Assembly (NCBI RefSeq): GCF_001194135.2
Contig: NC_068996.1
Span: 30,114,403 to 30,178,402 of the forward strand
Length of the DNA stretch: 64,000 bases
Direction: 5' to 3'
Source: Octopus bimaculoides
Lineage: Eukaryota
How positions within the stretch are numbered: position 1 is the first letter of the stretch; the number at the start of each line of letters is the position of its first letter. Shown here in pieces: positions 60,554-64,000 of the stretch. A model generated the notes under the pieces. That model was given only the letters and a program-made list of their open reading frames with translations. It ran no database searches and was not told where the DNA came from. The position numbers and the translations under genes were made by a program.

Positions 60554-61692
60554 TGTAGTGAAACTACCTATCGCCATTAGATACAAAACTACTATCGCCA
60601 TTACATACAATCTTCTCATTTAAATATAAACAAGCGCGGGCGTAGCGGAGAACCCATCTCCTTGTCATCACGTGACTGATTAATATTCGAAGCGGCAACT
60701 TCTTCGAACCGTTCCCGCCAGAATGCAAACTGACGAATCACAGCCCTTAATAAGGTCATGTGATAGTGTTTTTCTACTACCGTCTTGGAGCCCCCTGAAT
60801 GCTTTAAATAGAGCAACTCATACCCAGCAAATTTGTCTCGGTTCAGTTCTCTTTGAGATCTGTTCCGTGTACCACACGACAGCAGCAGCAACAATCAGCC
60901 AGCGACCACTTCAACAGCTTCGTCCAGCCAACGATTACCACCGCCGTCGCCACATCAGCAGCACGAGACTACAACTACTGACCAGCATCATCGTCATGAC
61001 CAACACGATTCTACGATTACTACTAACCAGCATCAATCTCCACCAGTGTTAACACGACTTTCTATGTACACCAATCCAAACCACCGCGGCACATCTCTCT
61101 CTTCGATTCTGTTAGGTGACTCAGCTTCACCACGATAAATAAACAGACAAGAGATTTCAGCCAGCGACGAATGACAAACATCTGTATAACAAGAATCACG
61201 GCCCGGCATGGAAGCCACCACATCACAACTAGTGATCAGCTCTGCCACACACAGCCTCAACTCCTTTCACATACAGACTCATCCTATTGTGTACTCAAGA
61301 ACTGGTATAAATGCTCACGTGTTACTGACTCTTTCTATCTGCTGTAATATCTCACATACCCATACATGTATCACTCACATACACACTTTTCTTTGTATGA
61401 CGGCCTGTCTTTTATTATGTTCTTATATGTCGCATTCACACTCTCACATACACATACATCTTTAACGCTATAATAAATACCTCTGTTATTCATCTTATAC
61501 GGTTGCCTTCTATCGTCTCTTCATTACTGGTATTTAAGAATTCACATATGTTATCGTAGTATAACATATTTGTATATCATCATTGATATATTATTTTGTG
61601 TTCAACCGTGTGACGCGTATAAATAAAAGGAGTCCTCTGTTTTTCCATTCGTCACCATTTCTCCTTTTTGAGTTCGCACGGTCGTTCTTACA
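60554..61692 (+). mobile_element. solo LTR, 1139 bp, 4-bp TSD CAGT
   Basis: TGTAGTGAAAC...GGTCGTTCTTACA; CAGT at 60550-60553 and 61693-61696. Strand is assumed. Confidence 0.85.
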
Positions 61693-61977
61693 CAGTCATT
61701 GTAAATAAATATTCTTATCAGACAAGTTGTAACATTTGCAATGTTCTGTGAAAATATGTTTGGCACTTGTGCTGTTTATGTTCAAAGGACTAGGGGAAAT
61801 TATCTACCTTGGAAAACAGGTGAGTGTTGGCCACCAGAAGTGTATGCTGTGGTAGAAGTTCTCCTCAATGAATTTTGTCTGATCTATGAATGCATAGATA
61901 TTTGAGCATTTAAATGGCAATGAAAAGTCTCCATCAATTCAGTACTTAGAGTTGTGTTTTATTTGTTGGATACTCTT

Positions 61978-62328
61978 TACTCTTTTACTTGTTTCAGTCA
62001 TTTGACTGCGGCCATGTTGGAGCACCACCTTTAGTTGAGCAAATCAACCCCAGTACTTATTCTTTGTAAGCCTAGTACTTATTCTATCGGTCTCCTTTGC
62101 CGAACCGCTAAGTTACGGGGACGTAAACACACCAGCATCGGTTGTCAAGCAATATTGGGGGGGACAAACATATATACACACATACATATATACAACGGGC
62201 TTCTTTCAGTTTCCGTCTACCGAATCCACTCACAAGACTTTGGTCGGCCCGAGGCTATAGTAGAAGACACTTGAACCCGGAAACATGTGGTTGGTAAGCA
62301 AGCTACTTACCACACAGCCACTCCTATG
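61978..62328 (-). mobile_element. SINE family A, best-preserved copy
   Basis: Full head-to-tail similarity to 27518-27908 and 48305-48625; CpGs retained. Confidence 0.85.
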
Positions 62329-64000
62329 CCTATAGATGACATTGATTTGATTATATTATTTGTAAGCCACTTGATTCACTTACTGAAACAGGGTTATCAA
62401 TTAACTAGTGTTTTAGAAGTAACTTTTTACTTATTCCAAGATGTGAAGCAATTCATAGGTTTTAAACACCTAATTTTCTTCTGGTACTAAACTAAAATAC
62501 TTTAAATTATCTAGAACATTGTATGGTTAATAATATGAAATTATTTTGGGCATGCTTTTAATCCTGTATTTAACTATGTTCCTTACATCATTTCTATGAC
62601 TGATCTAACTTTCATTGTTCCAGCATGTTCTGTTTGTGCTCTGTTTATACAGTTGTGTCTTTGATTATTGTCTTAAAAGTTTTCAGTTTTTCTGTCATCA
62701 GTTATTGCCATGAGAACTGCATACTAAGTTTTTTAATGATTTCTAACCCATATTATATTGAGCATTTTGTGAAGTTATTATAATTTGAGCTATCTACTAA
62801 ACTGTTTTTCATTCACTTTGCCATTGTATTGTTATAAATTCAAAAACTTAATATTTCATGCACATTTAAATAGTTTTGCTATTTAATTTCCAAAAACATT
62901 AACACTTTAAATTCATTTATTTTATTGGCATGATTAATAATTTGCTTTTCTTGCATATTCTTTCTGTTTTTTAATCTATTTGTTTGCTTCTGGTATGTTA
63001 CTAATATAATTAATTTGGCCTGCTTTTATTTGTTTATTTAGTGTTTATTTTGTCTAAGAATGTTTTATTTAATCTTAAAAAAAACTTTGTTTTTATAATA
63101 TTTTGTTGCAGTATCATATAGTGAATATTGTGATTTGTAAATAAAACCTGTAAATCTCTCTACACTAAGTTGATGTATTTATTGTCATGAGATGAAATAG
63201 AAACTAACATGTTTAGCAGGCAGGGCCCTTCATAAAGAAGGAATCAGAAATGTGTTGAAGAATATATGAAAGATGTTAGAAGCTTGAAGATCACAAGAAA
63301 ATATAGTTAAAAATCCAAAAATATGTGAGAGAGAGAGAGAGAGAGAGAAATAAAAGAAAATAAATTAGCTAAAATTACAATTTTTGCTACGTTGGGATTT
63401 TTAAAAATGTAATTTTTCAGGATATGTCTTTAAATAGCAATAAATTATATTAGTGAATATACAAATGAATCCTGAGAATTTCAACCGTCCTCCTCCCATA
63501 CCAGCCCACAAGCAATATCATAGGGCTGAACCAATGCACTAAAGTACAATAGATTGCAGATTTTACAAGAAATGCAATAAATAATCAAAGAAAGCAGTAC
63601 AAATTTGTCCTCAGTAGTTTGGCATTGGAGAACTACATTTGAGAAGTCTGGAAAAAAATGGATGATCTCTTAGATTTGTGACTTCCGACTTTTGTAGAAA
63701 AAATATATACTGTATTTTATTTGTTTATCCTTTTCATTTTTTATTTTCTGTAGCATACAGTCATAGGTGCATGAACAAGGAAGGGAGTAATAGGAAGGAA
63801 AAGAAATAGTAGTATCAGGGGTTTACCTAGAGAGTGATAGGGGTGATGAGGAGAGTTAAGAAGGAGGAGATGCAGTGCTACACCATGCTATTTATGAGTG
63901 GGGAGAATGGTGTGTGAAGTGATAAGGTGATGATGAGAAGCCAGAATGTATTCTCAACTTGTTTTAAATAGCATAGTGACAGGAGAATTGGGGAAGTTAA

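Overview
AT-rich animal genomic DNA with five N-gaps. The repeat families and intron sizes look like an octopus or other coleoid cephalopod (inference from recalled repeat families, not checked). The window holds the 3' part of one Diaphanous-related formin gene (dia/DIAPH) on the + strand. I traced 15 coding exons from 147 to 56624 that join in consistent phase into about 740 aa: end of DID/FH3, dimerisation/coiled coil, FH1, FH2, DAD and a probable last exon. The N-terminal exons lie upstream of the window. Two introns carry minor-spliceosome (U12, AT-AC) signals. One is complete (50851-52919) and also contains an in-frame GT-AG pair, a possible twintron. The other shows only its 3' end (129-146). 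The introns are packed with decayed transposons: RTE, CR1, HERO and R4/Dong LINEs, Penelope-like elements (PLEs), mariner, piggyBac, two solo LTRs, tRNA-derived SINEs and MITEs. The most unusual non-coding items are a 470-bp foldback element with a Pol III-like head and a minimal hammerhead ribozyme core in each arm, several more PLE hammerheads, and a 578-bp MITE whose centre is a (CCCTAA)n/(TTAGGG)n palindrome. Exon and TSD coordinates were counted by hand. Boundaries of decayed transposons are approximate (about +/-50 bp).
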